64,000 bases of DNA, from NCBI RefSeq assembly GCF_000143415.4, contig NW_003314262.1:2239046-2303045 (forward strand). Reading direction: 5' to 3'. This document shows positions 58,871 through 64,000 of the stretch, piece by piece. Every line of letters begins with the position of its first letter. Position 1 is the stretch's first letter. Source of the DNA: Selaginella moellendorffii (taxonomy: Eukaryota > Plantae > Lycopodiophyta). The notes beneath the pieces were generated by a model. The model was not told the DNA's origin. It did not search any database and saw nothing but the letters and a program-made list of their open reading frames with translations. The position numbers and the translations under genes were made by a program.

Positions 58871-60937
58871 TTATCTCTTTCGCCTGTTTCGAGCCACCTT
58901 GCGCTTCTCAGAGCTTGAGTCGCCCACAAGGACGTTGCCTTGTTGCATCTCACTGTGCTTAGAAATCGTCCTCTGTGCTTCTATGAACACCATGAAATCT
59001 CGGACCTGCAAGGAGGTGCACACCTTAAAGTCACGAGAGAAAGACGAGAAAGAAGCCTTACTTGCTCTTCCAGATCCTGAATTTTGTTGTCCCGCTCCTT
59101 GATCAGCAGTGCTTGGCTGCAAGAGAGAGCGTAGTTATGGCTTGTTCGCTAAACAAAAAACGTACTTCTCTTCTAGCTGACGATACTTTGTCCTCCATTC
59201 CTCTTGGTTTTTCCGGAGGCATTCGTTCATCTGCACAACGATATGTTAGACTTCCGCGCCTTGAAAGCAAGGAAACACCTGCTCGAGGAATGCTTTCTCC
59301 TCCTCTGCTTTCCGGATCGTATCTTGCATCGTTTGCAGTTTCAAGGAAACGCCTCTCTCAATTTCCTTTTCTCGGTCTTTGAAACTCTTCGCTCTTTCTT
59401 CTAGAGCTTGAGCCATTAAAAGTTCATGATGCTGCGAAACAAGATACATAAATTACCGAACCGCCAGAATCTATATGAATGAATAATTACCTGTCGCTGG
59501 CTTTCCATCTGTACGCTTAGGAGGTGCTCGTAATCGTACTTCGCCTGCAAGGTTCAACAAAGAAATTAGTCGAAAGCCTCATGCTGATACTCTTACTGCA
59601 TCGATTTTGCTCCGACTGATAGCTTCAGCAAAATCCATCCCGCCGCTGCACTCGCAACTGGCATTTGCGTCTTGACACGGAGCATTAAGCTCCACCAGCT
59701 TTCCATCAGTCTTGGATTGGATCAATCTGTGAACGTAGTTGTCTCCCACGTAGTCCCATACCCGCTGCGTTTCTAGTTCAAGTGAGTAACAATGTTGAGT
59801 TTCTCTCCAATGGTTTATAGCATGGCCCTCCTCGTATCTATGACAGAAAAATGACATTCGAGCGCAGGGGCTCTATAAAACGTCGTACCTTCCGCAACCA
59901 ACAAAGCCACATATAACACAGATCCAAAGATTGTCTGCAGTGGAGCAAACGGAGCACGTCGAGTTTTCATATTTCTCTTGACAGTATCGACAAACCTGCA
60001 ATGAATGCAAGCATTAAAATATTTGCGTTCATAAGTTGATCAAGTCATACCGGACATGTAGAATCGGTCCACTTGGAAATGCAAGATGTGTGGAACGAGT
60101 GATTGCAAACAGTCGTTAAGATTCCGCTGACATGTTGATCCAATCTCTCTGTCAAGGGAACGAACGTGACGCAGTTTCAGGATAAAACTACAGAAAAAAG
60201 GAGAGAAAGTCATCACTCACCTAGGCAGACAGCGCAGCTTGGAAGTTCAGTAAGCCCCGAAGGAGCAGAGGATGCATCCCCGCCGGCAGAAGTGTATTCC
60301 ACATCAGCTACAAAAAGAACATGGCAAATTTGTTCCTGAAGAAGAAGAAATTCAAGTCATGCGCCATCGATTTTATTTCTATCTCCTCACCTGAAGTGAT
60401 GAAAATGGTCGCCCGTTGAAATGCCTGAAGAACTCATCAGCAGAGATCTGATCCTCAAACTTCATCACAACACTGTATCTGTCCTTGCTTGTCTCGTTCC
60501 TGCTGACCAAAGAAAAAAAAAAAACCGAAAATTTTCATTAAGTCAGTGACTAGAACTTGTGACACTACCTGACGATCCGCATCTCTTTGATGCTTTGAAA
60601 GAACGAGCCCGTGAACTGACAAAGGTCAGCGCCAGTCATGAGGCTAGGCACTGCAAGGATACACAGTTGCTCATTTCTACCACTCTGTGCGTAGTCACAC
60701 GGAAATTATAGAAAGAGTCCCACGAAGCTCTAGAATCTCGTGGAAAATTTCACCAAAACTCACCGGCAATGCTCCGATCGCTCCTGGCTGGGCTGCCGTG
60801 TTGCGGAAGAGATGCATTTCGCCGCGTGTAGTCTCCACTCTGGGATTCCCGGAAGAAAACCTCAGGGTCTCGATCCAATCCGGCAACTCCGACGGCACCG
60901 AGTGATCCCCTATCTCGTGAACCTTGACGCTAAACAT
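58871..60937 (-). CDS. BRAP2/RING/ZnF-UBP E3 ligase (BRIZ family)
   Basis: [80 protein letters not shown] and a coiled-coil tail. Confidence 0.95.
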
Positions 60938-61322
60938 TGTGGCGATCGGCGCGCGAGCTCTCAAGAGCCCTGGAAATCAAGGCGCTAGCACAAGCCCTGG
61001 AAATATTTGATTGGCGCGCGAGCTCCCAAGAACCCTAGAAATCCTGGCAAAGCCCTGTGCTCGTCAAAGAATTCGAACCCTAAACCGGATTTAAAGAAAA
61101 GTATCTTGGGCCCAAACCTTAGTGCTAGTACTTTTCAAACGCGTCTCTGCCCGGCAGTGCGGCACGGCCATGGCGGCGAACAGGGCCAGGGGAATCCTCT
61201 TCTCGATCTCTGTGCGCTGATTTCCAGGCTACTTCGTCTCGGAGCGATCAGGAATTCGGGAATTTTCTACCGCGGAGCTTGGAGGCTGGATGGATGAGCA
61301 TTTTGCTCGATCTTGATTCTCC

Positions 61323-63014
61323 ATGGGAGGGGCGACGGAGAGGCAGGCGCTGGTGGCCGTGAAATCCATCACTGGCTGCGGCGCCGAGGATTGGAGCGAG
61401 GGCCGATTGCTGCCCGGGGATGTAATCGAGCAGGTCACGGCGGTGAAGCAAGAGGTCAATGTCTTTGCCAGCGCGCCTTTCAAGGACGGGAAGTATGGGT
61501 TGCAGCGCGAGCTCCGGAAGATCCACAAGGCGAACGAGACGGCACTGGCGAGAGTGAAGCGAAGAGGTACTAAGGTCGATTTGAGCGTGTGTGTTGTCTC
61601 GGAGGAAGCGATGATGCGCAAGAAGCTCTACTTGTTGGCGGATCCCGTCCAGAAGAACTACGTCGCACTACTCATGGATTCTACCGAGGAAGAATGCGTG
61701 GCTCTGCAAGGTACTACTTGGATTTTTTTCTTGCTCGACTGCCTAGAACAGTGTGATTTGATGGAACTTTACTTAGTTTTGCAGACCAGACTAGAAGGCT
61801 TATGGAAAAGCTCAAGAGGCCCGGCGTCTCCCAGCAAGTCTCCATAAAGGACCGGCTCATCTCGTATCCATGGCAATCCAAAATGCACCAGTTCCTTCCA
61901 TCGCCCAATTCTGCCATGGTTTTCTCGCTCATTTTGATGCCGTTCCAACGCGCCAACGAGGGTGGCGATGGCGATCTCGAGAACACAACAGCTAGAGCAA
62001 TGGCGTGGCTGTCGGCTTCGCAGAGCTCCGGCGTTCCAGTGATCTTCGTGAATATCCAGAGCGAGCCAATGTTTCTACAGGTATGCCAGTTCCTTCTCCT
62101 TTTTCTCTATCGTTTCAAAGCTGATCGCAAGATCTCTTGTATCAGTCCTCAACTTCGAAATACTTTGGATCGAGCAATCCCGAGGACCCTCTGGGGATGG
62201 TAAACTCGGGAATGTATCCATTGCATGAACTAGAAGGTACCGAAATTAATGTAACTCGGGCAATCAGGCTTTGGTACTCTCCACCGGAAGGAGAAATCGC
62301 GATCACACTCCAGCCCACCGATGGCGAAGCTCGGCTCGGTGTCAATATCACTTGCACAGAAGAGGTGCGTAGAAGTGATCTCCAACCGCGCTAAAGTTGA
62401 ACTTTTTCTCGCAGGGATTTTGCTATGTTTCATCGGTAGACATAGGAACAGCGGCCGATCGAGCGGGGATACGAAAGATCTACGACGCGGCATGCTCAGC
62501 AAACAAGCTTTTGGTCGTCTCCCGCGTTGCTGGCGAGAAGGTGACGCCGTGGTTCGTCTCGGCCTCGGGAGCCATCCGGTGCTTCAATGCTCACTCCATC
62601 AGCGAGAAGATCTCATCTCACAGGCAAGCTCGCGAGCCGATCGACTTCTACTTCATGGTCTGGACCGGCGGGACAAACGTGAAGCCAGCGTCGCCATCTC
62701 GCGCTCGCGCTCGCGATCGCCCTCGTCCCGCCGAGAACCTGGACCGATCCTCGAGCTCGCTGGAGGGACAGATGGTGAGCGTGACGAGCTCCAGGTACTC
62801 GCTCTCGAGCGAGAGCGATGGAAAGATGGATTCGTTCGGCAGTGGAGAGAAGATCGATGGAAGCTTGGAGCTGGCAATCTCTGACGATCTCGCAGTGGAG
62901 AGAACTTCTTCCACCAGGAGCTTCAACTTCCAGGACGATGTCCCATCACTTGGGAAGAACAAGGGCGACAAACTCACGACGAACGAGGAATTCACATTCA
63001 ACGCCACAGGATGA
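61323..63014 (+). CDS. Uncharacterised plant protein, 4 exons, possible PDZ-like segments
   Basis: Four long GC-rich ORFs joined by GT-AG introns. RLGVNI..EEGFCYVSSVDIGTAADRAGI looks PDZ-like (inference). Confidence 0.7.
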
Positions 63015-63181
63015 GGTGTACGCTTTGTAACATAGAATATTCTAATGGGCGGTAACGGTATATTCCCCCGCGCGGTGACGTCGCGCCCGTGATCCAGTAC
63101 TGTGGCTGGATCGTGTGGCGGTGGCGTCCTCTAGGTCAAACGCGTTGGGAGGGTTGTTCTAGGGTTTACGCACTCTCGGCG

Positions 63182-64000
63182 ATGGCGGAGCATCTCGCCT
63201 CCATCTTCGGCACAGAGAAGGATCGCGTTAACTGCCCCTTCTATTTCAAGATCGGCGCTTGCCGCCATGGCGACCGCTGCTCCAGGCTCCACAACAAGCC
63301 CACAATCAGCCCCACGCTGCTGCTCTCGAATATGTACCAGAGGCCGGATATGGCGACGCCGGGGATGGATCTGAATGGGCAGACGATGGATCAGAAGAAA
63401 ATCCAGGAGCATTTTGAGGTACTGGAGTGGTTTCTTGAGATTTGATTTGTGGGTCTCAATTTTTTCTTTTTTCGCTTGGCAGGACTTTTACGAGGATATG
63501 TTTGAGGAGCTCAGCAAGTATGGGGAGATTGAAAGCCTCAATGTGTGCGACAATCTTGCAGACCATATGGTAAGCCTTGTGTTTCTCATTTTTATTCTGA
63601 TGCTTTGTTTTTTTGTTTTTTGTTTTTTTTCGTTGTTTTCTTCGTTGCTTCCTTTCAGGTTGGAAATGTGTATGTGCAATTTAGGGAGGAGGAAGAAGCT
63701 GCTGCGGCTCTGAAGGCACTATCAGGACGTTTCTATGCAGGTTTGCGTGTTCCTCTTCTCTCCTGTTTTTTCAAAAATATTTTTCTTTGCAGGTCGACCC
63801 ATCATCGTTGATTTTTCGCCTGTGACCGATTTTCGAGAAGCTACATGTCGTCAGTACGAAGAAAACACTTGTAACCGTGGAGGCTACTGCAACTTCATGC
63901 ACTTGCGACGCATTGGAAGGTCTGTTCATCCAAAAACTGTTTTTTATTTTCTGACTCCTGTTCTTGTGACATTGTCTTTGCTGCAGAGAGTTACGGAGGC
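63182..64000 (+). CDS. U2AF35: Splicing factor U2AF small subunit (35 kDa); continues past window end
   Basis: [53 protein letters not shown] and [17 protein letters not shown]. Confidence 0.97.

Overview
Gene-dense plant nuclear DNA with very short (about 45-70 bp) spliceosomal introns. The intron size and gene content suggest a lycophyte such as Selaginella (inference, not verified). The flanks hold ordinary genes: SEC14, serine carboxypeptidase, MIF-like, two tandem SMC6 paralogues, a CRLK-type kinase, intron-containing tRNA-Met, aspartic protease, VAP27, a YTH protein, GDSL lipase, BRIZ/BRAP2, an unknown protein and U2AF35. Between about 6.8 and 32 kb lies an accessory region: a tandemly amplified three-gene module. 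The module comprises (i) a secreted Pro/Thr-rich peptide fused to a Hedgehog-type Hint (Hog) autoprocessing domain, present as two intact 4-exon copies; (ii) a divergently transcribed, intronless PD-(D/E)XK (Uma2/Crinkler-REase-like) nuclease in three copies; and (iii) a stellacyanin-type phytocyanin with one intact and three broken copies. Two related Ty3/gypsy elements with ~175-bp LTRs, 4-bp TSDs and a reconstructable -1 frameshift pseudoknot inserted into the module. The older element carries a nested 5S-bearing Cassandra-like TRIM, a solo LTR and a 72-bp micro-inversion. All coordinates and splice models were read by eye.
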